A stretch of 64,000 bases of DNA from Haplodiscus bocki (Eukaryota), in assembly GCA_965655095.1 (NCBI GenBank), contig OZ296649.1, forward strand, positions 144,336,001 through 144,400,000, in the 5' to 3' direction. The translations under genes were made by a program, and so were the position numbers. Below the pieces are notes generated by a model, which worked only from the letters and a program-made list of their open reading frames with translations, did no database searches and was not told the DNA's origin. This document shows positions 43,245 to 58,170 of this stretch, piece by piece; the first letter of the stretch is position 1, and each line of letters starts with the position of its first letter.

Positions 43245-46200
43245 AAACCCGTCAGGAGTGCTGCAGGGCTCGGTGCCCCAGTCGTCAATTTAAAAAAACT
43301 TCCACTTCTGGCGGCACGTGTGGCAGTTGCAGGATTCTGAGTTTGATTCTGAGTATATTTCACCGACAAAGTTCCATTTTCATTTTTAGAAATCTGTCCT
43401 TCAGTCCTAGCGGGTTCATGAAAGAGATATAGTTGTCCAATCAATTGACGAGTCTGCAATTTCTGAAGACGATCTAACTTCTTGCTTTCTCTGTTTGTGT
43501 CTTCCGAAGATTTCATTTTTTCTTCCTCTTAATTCGGTTTTGTCGGTTAGGTTGATGCTGGTTCCCATTTTCTGGGTAAGATTTTCGATAACAGCAGTAT
43601 GTCGTTGAACTGTAGAAACATTGGTAGCGACAGGATGTTAAGGTTTCTCAATAGTCTTCGATAACTCCATGTCGCTTTCCCAATTATCCATCTCACTACC
43701 TTTTTCTGGAAGTTTTCCAGTAGGTGGAGATATTTTCTTAATGTGAACACATGAGAAACCGTACAACAGGACTGGCAAGTTGAGAAACTTGTACAGACCT
43801 AGTTTTAAAAGTGTCTGTACTTTCACTGCAACGTTTCTGCGGCAAAATTAAGCACTTTTTTGGCTTTCAACAATCGCTCGTTTATGCGTACTTTCCAGGT
43901 TAGATTATCTGAGACATAGATGCCGAGATCTTTTACAGTCCTTGAGTGGACTAATTTTTGATCCAGGATGTTAAAACTTTGGTCACTGCCTCTGAAAGTT
44001 TTTTTCAAACACTTGTCCCTAGCAAATTCCATTCCGTTTTTTTTTGACCCGTTCCTCAATCCTATCCAGATCATCCTGTTTTTCCTAGTATGACTTTTTG
44101 ATTGAAGGTATTTTCAAGTCGTCCGCAAAGATGAATGGCTCAGAAAAACTTAGAACTTCCGGTAGATTGTTGATAAGTATGGAGAACAGCAACGGGCCTG
44201 AAATCGACCCTTGGGGTACTCCACTTGTAACAACCAGAGTTGTAGAGCTACAGTTGTCGATTCTTACGAAGTTCTGGCGAATTCAAGGTAGTTGAGCAGG
44301 ATTTTGAGTGAAGACCCGCCTACCCCGAGTTGGGCGACTTTTGGATGAGTTTATAATGAGGTAATTTGTCAAAAATTTTAGGAAAGTCAGGGTACAGGAC
44401 CCCAATTTCGGAGTTTAGGTCGTGGTCCAGCATTCATGTATCTTTTTGAGAGAGTAAAAAATGTTTGTGAAAACGGATCTGTGCCTTACAAACCCTGGTT
44501 GATGTTTGCCAATATAAAAAGTGAAGTATTTGTACAGAGCTGTATAGATGCTTTTTTCAAGAACTTTGCTTTCGATATCCAGTGGAGATACTGGTCGGTA
44601 GTTACCAACTTTTCGTCTAACCCCCTTTCTGTGAATTGGCGTGACTGCAGCCCTCTTCCAACTGTCCGGAAATTCTCCTGATCTCTTGATGTTCTTGAAG
44701 ACTTTAACCAGATTTTTCCTGTTTTCTCTGGAGGTATTCATGAAGAACGCTAGAGGAAGGCCATTTGGTCCGCGGGATTTTGTTACATCCATCTGGTCGA
44801 CCATTTTCTGGATTGGTCGCTTCGATATATCAAAATTTGTGAATAAAAGATTCTCGTTTTTAATCTCGGTTATGTTGAGCTTCTGTTTGCGAGAGCAAAC
44901 TGATTAGAAAAATTCATTCAGCATGCCAACTTGGTAATTGAGATTTGTGCTACTGATGCTGCAGCTTGTCTTGATTTTCGATAGGCTGAGCGATATGTTC
45001 AGGCATTTCAAGTGCTTGAAAATTGTATAAATGTTCCGTGTGCTTAGCAGCTTTTCCTGAAACTCTCTCCGGTCTTGTTCTGAAGATTCAGTTACAAGGT
45101 TCTCTAGATTTTGCGCTTGTTGCTTCTCGTAACTGGTGGGCTTTCTTTTGAGCAGAGTTTTTTGCTTTTTCTGCTGTTTCAGAAGATTAGATGTGTGGAT
45201 TGTATCACACGGTGCTAGGCATTGTCTTTGCCGTGTCCGTCTAGGAAAAAACCTCTATCATTTGGTCGGGATACTTTTAGAGTTCTTCACCCATTTTGTT
45301 TTTATCCGTGAAACAAAATGGTTGAAATGGGTTGACTGCCAGGTAGTTGTTAATGCCTTCATAGTCCGCATTCCCAAAACTTCTGAAGTTCTGGAGTGCT
45401 GGTTTACTTTCGGTGACGGGGCATTCTAACGTGGTTTGGAATACCTCGTGATTGGGGCAATCGTATAGAATGGGAAGAGATAGATACTTTTCCGGAAAAA
45501 CAAAATCAGTTCGGTAGAATGCTACGTCTACTATGTTCTGAGAATAGGTTGGGAAAATGGTTTGTCTGAAAAGAGCTTGCTCAAATTTTTGTGGGATTGA
45601 GTTCTCTTCCTCACCAGAACTGCTGTTTGTTTTCCGATTGGTTGCGGGGAATTTCAGGTTGTCACAAACTTTACCTGGCTTGCTTTTATGGATTGTTTCT
45701 CAGGAACTGTTGGAAATCTCCACGGATTAACGATCTAAACTTCCTGTGGGGGGGGATTGAAGAATGCTCAGACAACAACTTCCGATGTATCTAATTTCAT
45801 TGTGCAAGCAACTCATGAGTCGGGAAAAGATAGCCTGATTTGTTTAGATTGGTTTTGACAGCTATTAGTGAGCCCCCGTGGAAGTTTTCATCTCCGTTTA
45901 GTTTTCTGCTTTGTCGATAGATGTCGTTGTCGTTCATGAGGAATTCTTTAGAAATGATATTTTCTTTCAGCGATGTTTCTCGCCGACATGTCACGTTGTA
46001 TTTCGATGTCAAGACTGCATTGGAAAACCTAATCCGCCTATCTATGTCAATGAGACCCTTGGTGTTTTTAATTGGAGAATGTTGAGAAACCCCAGTCAGT
46101 CAGACTTGGCCTCCTGCATCTTGATTTTGACTTTCTGTCCTTCGTTGAGCATTTCCAGATTGCAGAGTTTCAGTTTCTCTGCAGGCGGCCCTTTATCTAG

Positions 46201-46900
46201 GAGAATTCTCCACTTCTTCGGAGTTAGATTTTCTTTCAGAACATCTTCTTTTGTCAGAGCAGGTAAAATATAAGCTCCTTTTTGTTTCAACATTTCCCGA
46301 TGTTCAAGAGTTTTTGTCAACGTAAGGCCTTCTTTATGTTCAATTGGCAATGGTACCAGTAGCTTTCGTGGCTTCTCATTTACGGCGTCTAATTTTCCAA
46401 GTCTTTTGAGCTCGATTCACGTTTTGATTCACATTGTGTCCAGGATATCGTTCACTTCGGCATTTGTCGGGACAAGGTTTTCTCCGTCGCTTTTATTGGG
46501 ACCTCTGGTACACCCTCAATACGCTAGCTTTGGCTATTGTTGTGACCTGTTCTTGTTTTTTTAACTTTTTGTGAGGCATTGGTGTTACTTGTCTCCGTGG
46601 ATTTCTCCAAGGCGACTAAGAGAGCCTACGTTTTCTCCAATATTCCACAGGTATTCTTTAAAGCTTCACCGACTTTTTGATCCACTAGTGCTGTCATTCT
46701 TTTCACCATGTTCCTCAACGTGTCACCCACATCAGATGTTGATAGTTTCTCCGAGACACCCGCTAGCGCTTTGCTGCGTATGAAATTGTGACGTTCATTA
46801 TTTCCGATGCATTTTTGCGCTAAAACTTTAGCTTCACGCCCATTTCTTTGTTGCCACTGATGGCTGCAGTTGACAGCGTGGTGCGTTCGGTTTGTAAGAT
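43245..46900 (-). mobile_element. Near full-length degenerate CR1/L2-group LINE (ORF1 ~46900-46096; ORF2 APE-RT ~46090-43290)
   Basis: KSRGPNG, FPDSWK.A.VTPIH.KG, NYRPVS, GVPQGS.SGPLLF (~44190-44222), FADDLK (~44112-44129), VKDLGI; GGSLIAVK in the endonuclease region; ORF1 RLGK...PRKLLV. Confidence 0.9.
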
Positions 46901-49900
46901 GCATGTGGGGGTAAGATGCATGATGCAGTTACAGGAAACGCACATGTATGTCTCTTCTTTTTATGGGGAAGGAAATCTTGAAGATTTTATTACTTTTTCC
47001 CATGAATCCAGTTGTCATTTTTCTCGTCTGTGCCAGGGAACCTAATCTCAAGGACATCGCAAGGAAAAGAAAATGACAACTGGGGCTTAAGGAGCAAGAT
47101 TCGTTCAAATTCTTTGACTTACTCAGATCCAACTCAGGCATTGATTCTTCTTCGCTTTTGGGATCTTTGCTTCTTCTTGATGGTCGCTTTCAGGTTGTTA
47201 CCGTAATTTAGAACATAGGTCGGTGTCTTGATTTCGAGAAGTGGTCGTAAATGAACTTCGCCGTAACTTCTTAGGACTCTTTTGTACTTGCTTTTCCGTT
47301 TTGACAGCAGATCTTTGATGATGTAGAAAAAAGGGATTCCAGTAGTTTTCAGTTCTTTATGTAAACCAGGGGCGCCTCCACGTACGCCGTGAACAATGCC
47401 AACAAGTTGCTGCAGCTCCAAAACTTCCTTCACCAGTTCGTTGGCAGTTAGGGGGATTCGGGGATCGCTAGAGGGATGTGAGGGAATTGTGTATTTTGTC
47501 GTGCCAGAGCACCACTATTTGAGCAGAAAGAGATGAAAGCTTGACTTCTTTGTCGAACTTTTGATTTGTCTGCCGTTTGTGGATGACGATTGTATGAGGG
47601 CTTCGTGATCACTTGCTTGGAAAGTTGCAATCGTTGACTGATGTTCCTCCACTTCTAGAGAGCTTGTACCAACAACGATTATCAAATCAAAAAGCCACTA
47701 CGGCTGCCCTGGTATTCATTCAATCTGAAACTATTTTGTTTAGGCACTATTGAAAATAGGCACCTATCAATCAGTGTTGAGAATGTTTACAAGAAAACCC
47801 ATCATTTTTATTCATTAGAAAACTGAGTTTTCTAAACCTACATTTCTGAGTGCAAATTTCGGTGTTAAAATCACCACTGACCGAGAATATCAGTTTTTTT
47901 GAAATTCGCGCCGCCAATAGCTGCGGGTTCTGCTGGTTGTAGTAACTTAACCAGGAACCTAAATGTGGCTCATGTACCTTAACTCCAGTTCTGCACTTCC
48001 ACGTATACAACCCCTCCTACGCTCTAGGGAGACATTCCATCGAATGCAGCTCATCTTTCTCGCGGTAATGGTCCTGATGGAATACCCCACAGATCTCAAG
48101 ACCAATCCTTTTAGTTAATTCAATTCATCTTCAAAGCTAGTAGGAACTCCGGGGAGTTTATTGCGAGCATGTAATATCACGATACCTCGCACTCTTCTGC
48201 TTTGAATCAGAACCACCTTTGTAACCTCGACAGGATTGAAAAGTGTCATTGATTTCTTAAAAAGTGATCACCTCATTGCTCAGAACTACTGATCAACTAA
48301 AAATTATAATCCCTGTAACATCTCTGGATGCTTGTTCATCAAGGAATAAACGGCCAAAGTTTAATTCAATGCTACCTATAATATCTACTACCGACATGTC
48401 ATAAACTCTTCCTTGTTCTTGAAATCATGTGGATTCCAAACTTGAATTTGTAAATTTCCAGCATATTTGCGTGTTCGCTTCGAATTGCTGAATATAAAGT
48501 TAATTTTTTCAATGTGTATGAATCTATGAAAATGAATTTATCAAGTTTTAGCTGATTTGGAATTGAAACACTTTGCTTTCTGACTATGGTTTTTTTCATT
48601 GAAAAATTTTTCTCTGAAAAATGAGCGAGAAAATTGAAGAGCGAGAGTATATGCTAGGCGGTCGTCCATGCGTTTTTGGAATCTAATCGGAAGTTTCGGT
48701 GGCTGACATTCAGACTCAATGTACTAAAACAAAATCGAATTTGGGTTCAATTGAAATTTTGTGTCAAAAATCATCACGCGTTAACGTAGAAGTACCTGAT
48801 TTCATTACAGTCCTATGCTCAAAAATTTCAAATGCCCAGAGAATTCCTCAGACAAAATCGAAACTAGGCTGTACACTAAGAGTTCTCAATATTGAACTGA
48901 AAAAATTGGAATCAGCGAAAATTCTATCTCTACCTCATTTTCATGTGAAAAGTTTTATTGAAATTCGAATCTAATGTAACAGTAATTGCTGTTTTCCACC
49001 ATCGCTGTTTCGATAGCTGCTACGCATCAAATCTTTACTCGATCTGTAAATACATGAGTCATCAATACTGTAATAACACTACATTCATCTTTCATTCTGG
49101 CACCGAAACAGCAAATTAAATAGACCAGAAAATGAATCATCGTCGATATTTGCATTCCCTTTGAAGCGAAACGTCAAAATATGCAATTGTGTTTTCCATG
49201 ACGACATCAGTTCGTGTTCTGTCTTCCAGTCTGGCGTGACGAAGAAAAGAATAACTGAAACTGGTGGGAGTGACATTTGTGTGTGTACCTGTATCAATAA
49301 TGATGATAGCAAATTCTAGCAGATGTTTCTTTTCATCTTTTCTTATCCAGGTGCTATCAGAAACTTTAGGCGGTGCAGTCATGCTAGGTAGGAAGAAGGG
49401 AGCGAGTTGATTGAAATGCAGTGGGGGGGGGGGGGGGTTGAAGATTCATCATTTTTTTGTTTGCGGAAGTATCATTCAGTACGCTCCATTGCATTACACC
49501 TTTACGCAATACAATCCAGTAGGTAATTTTTTTTGTATCATTCATCTATGAATTTCATTTCTTGTTTGTTTATTTATTGCCTCTCTCATTTTTGTTTACA
49601 TTTTTGAGGCTCAATTTTAATGCTTTTCAGTCGAGTGTTCCCATAGTTACAATATTGTTAGTTACTATTTCTCTCTCAAAAAAAGATGAAAATGAAATAT
49701 TTTGGGCCTAGAAAAAGTAAATTGCTATATTTTTCGCAGCAAAACGAAAAACGAAAAATTGAACGCTGCCGGGTTGAACAGGAAATTTTGTTGAATCTCT
49801 TCGCGGCAAAAAAAGAAAAATTGAATTATCGAGGCCATCTGAGCAAACGAAGCCGAGATTAGCGATGCAGCGAAGGTTTTCATTATTCTTTCTTTGATTA

Positions 49901-52467
49901 TGAATATAAGCTACAGATTTTCAAAAAATATTTTGAGTTCAAATTTTGATATTTGGTCTGTTACATGCGGTAGTCACCTTGGCGTTTCTTGCTGTAGTTA
50001 CTAATGGTTAAATGCGAGTTAAACAAATTGGTTGTTAAGTATATTAACATATAATAAATGCAGTAAATAGTAATATTGTTTTAAATGTAAAATATGGTTC
50101 CTTTTTTCAGATGAAAATCTTGAATGAGGGAGGCTGATACTTTATAGCATTCGATTTTGAGTGACCCCTGTTAGCACTTAATTTTGGCAGTAGTCTCATA
50201 TTATACCAATTATTAGTCGTGGAAGACAATGACGAATTTTACCATTCTTCTTTTTCCATGTTAGGCAATGTTATCCATTCCTTTATCCGTAGCTTAGACT
50301 GTGAATGAAAATCAAAGCGAACCAAGAAGCAACTAGGTAAACACGTTTTTTCGTCCATATCAGAAAAAAATCCGAGACAGCTTAAGAAGACGAAAAAAGA
50401 ACAGCAGTTACCGGCGCTCGAAGCAGCAGTTTGCAGTGTAATCAATCTTCTTTTCATGAGAAAGGAGCTAGCAGTAGTCTATTACAAGGAAAAACGCTAT
50501 AAAATGTGGAGGCTCCCTGATTCCTTGAGAGATGCCATCGCTCTCCTCAAATTGCAGAGAAAGGAAAAGGAAGGCCGCGTCGTGCAACGTATTGAACGTG
50601 CGTATAGAGCATAGTTGCGTTGCCGAAGATATAAATGAGCATGATTCACGAATATCGTTGGTTTAGAATTGCAATATATTAATATAAAATATTTTCAAAA
50701 TCTCGGTCTCTAATCACCGTCTGCTTATTATTGGGTGTCATTGGCGGTGTGGCAACATTTGCCGCAATTTAGAAAAGAAAGAATACAACAGTGGACTCTG
50801 TTCTGTAACTTATTCGCCCTTTGCGCGTCGACGTCTTGTTATTTGTAATAAGTAACTTATTATAAGTTATTAGTAATAACATTATTATATTATTATTACT
50901 TGACCAATCTTACCTTATGTTGATGTTACAAAGATACGTTCCGAATGTAATATTGTTGGTATTGGTTGGAAACATTGATACAGAATTTTCGAATTGGCAT
51001 TCTGTTGAGTAGTACCATTTATTGTACTGTTGTTTCTAGCATTCGATATAAACACTTATTCATCTCTTCTATTAACTGCAAGTATTTCACTCAGCACCCA
51101 CACCTTGACTAGAAATTGAAGCAACTGACTTTTCTCCATTCCCAGATTGTCAGCAAGGGTTCAAGTGTCACCATCGCCTTACTCTGTCATAATAAATTTA
51201 CTTGACTGGGTTAATATTTGTATTTATTTTTAAACAAGCATTGTTTACTGGGACAAGTTGCACTCATTGACGTGGTGCGCATTTCAAAGGTATTTTTGTC
51301 TGGTTAGTTTTTTGATACTTTTTCAAGCTTCTAAGTCACTGTTAGTTTTACTCGGTGTTTTTATCAAAAGTGCACGGCTATTACAGCCACTATTCTGGTC
51401 ACAGTTAAGCGGTATCGTCTTAGCAATTGTCTTGACTTTCTGGAAACTGCAAGTAACAAAGGATAAGCCGTACACTCTCATGACCCTCCCCTTCGCATAT
51501 TCCCCAATTTTTGAGAATTGCAAATGCCAAAACGTTTGTAATGGGGACCTTCGCTTTCTTTGTAACTTGAATTTTTGAACTGAAAAGCTTTTGGACGCGT
51601 CAGACCGTTGGGCTTTGTCGATTCCGTTGTCGAAACCCTTTTTTGATTTTTCGGTTTTAGGCCTTCTGTCGAGTTGAGAGTGTTCATATTTGGCAAATTA
51701 TACTTGTGACCAAAAGATTTCCTCGTTCCAGGAATTAAAATGGAGAGATTCCTAAGAATTCCTCTGATTTCTGCATTGATATAAAAAAAGAGTCATAAAA
51801 TTGTGATGATATCCCTTTATAATGCCATTTTTTGCAGAATTTTTATAACGCTAACACGGAAAATTCCGCTAAGCAAACTGATTCAAATTATCAGGACTTC
51901 AGAAAATTTTGATTTTACGAAGTCCTGGTAATAGCGTTACTCGGCTTTTGTTTTTTCGGCGCTTTTTTGTACGACATTTTGCGACTTCGTCCGTCTTAAC
52001 CATTTTCGTGCGACTTCTTGAAAATTCTGATTTCTTTCAACACACAGCAAAGCTGCGTGAGAGTACAGAAGGGACCATACGGACCATCATACTAGCCCAA
52101 TTGAATTATAGAGACTGCGCAATTGAAAAAAACTTGAACATTTTTTCTACTTCCCACATATTATACTAATAATAGTGTAAACCCGGAGAAATTTTGATCT
52201 CAATAATCCCAAATCTCTTGAAAACGGAATAAGAGTAAAGGGGTGGGGCTGTGATTATCTCAAAATTTTCCGGAGTCCTATCCGCGTTGGCGGCTATTTT
52301 ATTATTTTGAAAAGCTTCTGACCCGTATCATAGATATAAAGACAAAAGTTTCCTCAAAAATTTTAGCTAAGACTTACTACTAGTGTTTTCAAATTTTGAT
52401 AACCGAGAGTATTGTGAGAACTTCATTTTGGCTCCGTGAAAACTTCAACAGACCAGACAATATCAGA

Positions 52468-53100
52468 ACAAGACGGCCGACTAGCACCGGCATATTTTTC
52501 GCCCTACTACAAATATTCTGATCAAGTTTTTGCAAACGGTTAAAAACAAAACTACTGTTTTGATATTAGTTTTCAACGAGTTTTTACAAACATCAATTCC
52601 ACCACTGATTTCTGTACTTTATGCAAAAGGGTATCACGATTTTCCACTGAAAAATTTTTGTTTCACAGTGCCGAAAAATTTCGTAGGGGAACCCTTCAGT
52701 GTCTCACTAATTTCGAGTATCGAAAAATGATAGGGATAAATCATGAAAATATTTAGCACAACAGTGACTCGAGCCCCGATCCTACTGCTTGAGAACCTTG
52801 TCCTCAGCCTACTGCTGTCATTTATTTTTGAATAAAAAGTTGTCAATTTTGGTCTGAAAAAAAGAAACGACCCTAACTGAATGAATAATTTTTCTTCCGT
52901 AATATATATGCGGCGAAAAATAATTAAAATCGCCAAAAAGAAATCACCACCAAAACTGACGACAAAAACCAAATCATTCATAAATCTGTCGACGAAACTG
53001 TTGATGAAGTTGTAGAACTCTGCGATGCATGTGAAACCAAAATGAATGCAAACTATTTATAAATTGCGCACATACTCTTCTCTAACCAAACTCGGCGAGC
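52468..53100 (+). repeat. Interspersed repeat: ACAAGACGGCCG head, satellite-like core and tRNA-like segment
   Basis: Head shared with 56748 and 57226; core 52632-52728 recurs inverted at ~60340-60600; 3' boundary uncertain. Confidence 0.6.
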
Positions 53101-56100
53101 GCCCAGTTATGGTACCATGTGCCCGAAGAGCGGGAAAATTATCACTCACAAATTTTCGATATGTTTGTCGGCGAAAAGTTGAGACCACAACATTTGAAAA
53201 TAGTTCTTGAGTATTCTATCCTAGAAACCAGGTCAATATTAAATGGACATAAGAAAGACAATCAGTTCTATCTCTTTTTGGTTTCTGGTTGTGGTTTAGA
53301 AAAAATATCCATGAGTTTGTTTGCGAAAAAAAAACTTTTTTTGAAGGTGAATTGTCAAATTTAAGGCTTTATCATCCCGGAACCCAGCTCATCAAATGGC
53401 CTAAAGCTTGCATAGACACGCCAAAGTGATTTCAATGTTTGACTGACTGTATACAAGTTGTGATCCAAAAGTTTTCAACAACCGAAGAAAAAATCTCCGA
53501 GGAGGTATTAGATATCGTGTAGTTCTTTTTCTTCCTCAAAATTCTCGAAAAGCCTCATTAAGAAAATCGTTTTGTGAATAAGTACATTTTCTCGTTTTCA
53601 ACCAAAGTTTTCCTGAAAACTAGCAATACATGCAACAGTTATAGTCGAACCGATTTTCGGGTTTTGTTTTTTGTCAAGTTATGATGGCTTAAAAGTGACA
53701 GAAAACCCCTAAAATGCTGAGTTGTGTACCTTTTAAAAGTGGTTCTCTTGAATAATCACTCAATTCATTTCATTTAAGTTTTAATCGAAACCCCTATCAT
53801 TTGAAGATTGATTTGAGTGGAGCACATCAGACAGCAGATTCAGTTTCTTTCTAAAATTGATGGCCCAAACATGGCTACAAATGCAGATGATGTCAACGTC
53901 AGTCATTTTTTCTTATGTATGCTCCAATTTTTTTGAGGCAGATGGTATCGAAGTTCCTCAAAATTTCAGTCAATTTCAAGTCTGGAAAGTAAGTCTGGTA
54001 ATGGCCCAGATTTTGCATTGGCTGAACAAGGAAATTCTGTTCTATCGAATACTAAATTTTAATTGGGAGTCGAAAACTTTTTTTTGCGAAAGCTTGAAAG
54101 TCGAGCGATTTCTGTCTGTCTGTTTTGGAACTGCTGTGTCAAATTTAGGACTCCAATTCTGGAACACATGGGAACAAAGTTTCGCATGTTTGTTACATTT
54201 TGACTAAAGTCACCCTATTTGTCATTTTTGGTTGATTGACAGAAGTTACGAATAACAAGGCTTTGGAAACAAAATTGGCGAAGAAAGCTTGCATGCTTCG
54301 ATAGTAAAGCCCTCCTAGAGACTTTGGAAATAATTGTTCTATGACATGTCGTAACGGTGGTTCTCAGAAGCTTTGCGGTGGTATTAGTGGAACTAGCGGC
54401 AATGCGAGATTTCAAAAAGTCCGCCATGCACTCCAATGAACAGACGATTCATATCACAAAAATAATAAGCTCCCAGAGCCCATACTTTATCAGTTCGGTA
54501 GAGTTTTCTTGGTTTGACGCTTTATTAATTACCAGTGGGCATGCTTTTTTTGCGCAATCGAATTTCTTAGTGCGACCAAAAAATTACGTTGCAAAAAACT
54601 ACAAATAATCTACTAAGATGAATGCCAGTCAAAAAATGAGGAGTATTGAAGGATCCAGAGCCCCTTTTCTAAAAATATGTTTATTCACAAATGCATTATG
54701 AAAAGTCGAAAAAAATGCATAACCGTTTTCTACTATCTATCGTCTTACTAGTTTCTATAATTCAGTATTTTGTGAAGAAAAAACATGCGACGTACAATTT
54801 TGAACTTTCGTTGATATGAAGATGGTGTTGATTTTTTCTTAAAAATGTGATACTCTCCTTTCATTTAGAGAGCAGAATTGTGGAATTCTAACGTTCTTTG
54901 AAATATCCGACTGTTGTGAAGTCCGATGGGAAAGTCAAAAAGTCTGCTCCAGGGCTAATCAGCAAACTCAGAGAAAAGAACTCGCGATTGGTCGATGTGT
55001 TTTAATATGGTTATTGAAGCAGACTGTGCAAAAGTTTTTATAATCGTTAATTTTCGCTCGCTGTCTACGAATATGATGAATATATTTTTTAAGTATTTGT
55101 GATGGATTTGCATGATGTACAAATCCTAGTTCAGCAAATATTCATGTTTCGGAAGAATCTTGCAAGAAATGCCCAAAAATGAACTTCTTGTAAGATTTTT
55201 GTAAGATAGGTTAATCATTATGTAATTCTGGGCAGTCATTAGATTTTTTGCAAGGCCAGGTAAATTATTTCTTGCAAATTTTTAAACAAGAATGTCACAA
55301 GAAGTCTTCTTTGGAAGAATTTGACGATGAATGCGTTTCTTGCAACGATCTTGCAGAATCTTCCAAGAATGATGCAATGACTGGCCATATTTTTCGAAGG
55401 TTTTATCAGAAATTTTTCTTAATTAGGGAATTCTTTTAGTCTTCGTTTTTCTGGCAAAATCGAACCCATCTAATCAAACTAGCTGAATCACCAAACAAAA
55501 CGTGCGATTGAATTTAGTGACCTTGAGCAACCAAGAAAGCTGTTTAACCTTGCAGAAGATGAAAGATGCTGTGATGTGCACCTAAATATCAGTCCAATAC
55601 CATGCGATGATACTAGTTGAATATTAACATTGACCAAAGTACAAACATTTCGCATTCTCGTCCCAATATTCACTCCAGGATGTGACGGCTTATGAAGGGG
55701 CTATCAAAATTCCTTCGAATGTCCACAGTTTTGCATTAATGTCGTATTAATTATGGTCGATAAAGATGCAGAAAATGAGACAAAACTAGTGATAATTGTA
55801 GTCTATTGTATATAAATGTTCTTACATATAGCTCTCCAATTTGGTGATGATAAGAGTCGATACAAGCTTATTGTTTACACTTCCATCAAGTACAAATGAG
55901 GTATTCGATTGAAAATCTGAAAGTTCTTCCGGCTCTTGAAACATTTGCAGCTGTTTTGAGCTAGGAGTCATCAGTTTGAATTGTGAGGATGCCGAAAATT
56001 CGGTAGTTTCAAAAAAACTTCAGCATTAAATTGTGAACCAATGGAAAGCATTTCCTCCGTTCGGAAGAAAAAGAAAGCAAATTTGGTTAATTCATTATTC

Positions 56101-56578
56101 AAATTTTCTAATTTCACGAGTCTCTCTGGAAAAAATTCCCAAATGGCAAAATGATTTACTGAATTATCGCATAATTGTATTCCAAATTGTCATTACAATT
56201 TTTTAAAATCATTCTCAATAGCTACCTTTTTCCATTTCTTTTCTTAGATATCCATTGATCGCGTCAGTTTTCGAATAGTGGCGCTTTTGATTTGCAAGAT
56301 TATAAATCACATTTATCCTTTCAGGTTTGCGTCTTGGAATTGATTAAATATTGACTGAAGAATATAAGACAGCTTTTTCATTTCATCAACGCAGATCCTC
56401 ACTAACGTGCCAATTATTACGATGATCATAATTCCCTGGTTTCAAAGGTGATATGGTGGTTGACGGCGACCAATAAGGTGCCACGCTATCGTCCGTGGCC
56501 AATCAGCAGAGTCCTCGCGCCGGAAGCAGACTCAAGTTTTGTTACTACCACCCTGTGAGGTCCTGTTTCGGCGACAAG

Positions 56579-56714
56579 ATGAATGAATTTTTGTTACCAT
56601 ATATGATTATAGTTTTCCTAATATGGAGTATGGGAGTGGTTGATGTTGTGCGAGCGGACACAAGTGAGACTTCTCTCGTTTATTCTCGGCCCGATTCTGA
56701 GGCGGCATCGACAG
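56579..56714 (+). CDS. TMEM63/OSCA (CSC1-like) gene, probable coding exon 1 (signal-peptide-like)
   Basis: MNEFLLPYMIIVFLIWSMGVVDVVRA-DTSETS...; ends ACAG|gcttgg (GC donor, phase 1), in phase with the acceptor at 58170. Confidence 0.5.
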
Positions 56715-56747
56715 GCTTGGATTTTTGAATTTTAATGAAATAAGTTA

Positions 56748-57224
56748 ACAAGACGGCCGGCTACCACCAGCATATTTTCAGCCTTCCCATTTTGGTATAC
56801 ATGCCTTTTTATTAGTTGAACGTTATTTAAATACTCTGTTTCTTCATCATAGTGTAATTTTTCCAAATTTGAAAATTTTCTGTTTTTTAACCAAAAAATC
56901 TCACAATTAAGCTGGAAAAGACATTTTTAGGAAATAATACCACTTGATGCGCATTTTACTGCAAATCTGCCATATTTAGCGATTTTGAAAAAAATTCAAG
57001 GTTTTTTTCGAGGAAACCCATCTATTTTTTAAAAATAGCCCGCATTTCGTTCGTTTTGAGAAATCTTACTATTTCAGTCGCATTCTACAGAAAATGTGCT
57101 ACAGTATGGCGAAAAAAATTTCACGTTCAGAAACGTGAACGCAATTGGCAAACATCGATTAAAAAACGTTCCATTTGAGAGGAAGATTTTCCTTCCATAT
57201 TTTATAAATATGGCGGAAGATAAT
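56748..57224 (+). repeat. HINE/DINE-like non-autonomous repeat in intron; a second copy starts at 57226
   Basis: ACAAGACGGCCGG head and 3' hairpin CCATATTT-TAT-AAATATGG. Confidence 0.5.
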
Positions 57225-58170
57225 AACAAGACGTCCGGCTAACTCGGGGATATTTTCCGCCTTCCTCGGTTCGTAACAAACGTTAAATTGCCGTAATTCG
57301 AACCAAAAATGTCCTAAAAAGGTGCAAAATTACATCGAAAATTGTTTTTTTTTCAGTTAGGAAAAAAATGGCGAAATGATAATTTTTCGCGTGCATTTTT
57401 GCTTCAGCGTGCAATTGGCAAAATTGATTTAGAAAAAAAAACATGAAAGTTTAACGAATGATTTTCCTTCCAAGTATAATATTAACGTCTCGTGATACAA
57501 AATAGTTTGTAATAGAAAATTCCCATGGATCAGTACTGTAAAGTTGTCTTTAATGGCTTCTCAAAAAGACGTTTTGACAGCCAGAGCTGTGAATTTCATG
57601 TATTTTGTATGCAAAAAATGCCTTCTAAGGAATGTTTTGGTATTTTAAACTCTCGAGGACTCAAAATTATTGGAAAAAAGTTATCAATGATTATCCAAAA
57701 TTTTTTGAAACTGATAATTTTCCGCTAACAATGTAAGAAAGCCAAGGTACCTTCTTGGGTAACATTAGGACTCGTTCCTATTAGTGAATACGAATCACGT
57801 CCAATGTTGCTTGGTGCCCATTTGCAATCGACTCTTTCATAAAAAAAGGTTCAACTCTCGGGAGCACTCTTTTTTTGAGATTACAACGATGTCCAAGTAT
57901 TTTTGAAACGTTAATTTTGCCATAATTCAGTACTACTCCATACTGTAAGAAATTATCCGGAACACCAAAGACCCCCCGCGCCTCCCAACTGAGTTTTTTG
58001 TTACCGTATGACAATAAATTTTCAACAGAAAATCGTGATACTATGGTTTACTCCTATTTTTGCGCATGCCAGATTGACAGCGCCGACTTTGAGCTGCTCT
58101 GGTTGTGTTATTCTTAAACATACGCTATTGTTACAAGTTTTAAAAACCAAGCTTGGGCATCTAAATACAG

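Noticed and set aside
47134-47433. 99-aa minus-strand ORF next to the LINE 5' end
   Set aside because: No recognisable motif or splice support; cannot be distinguished from TE debris.
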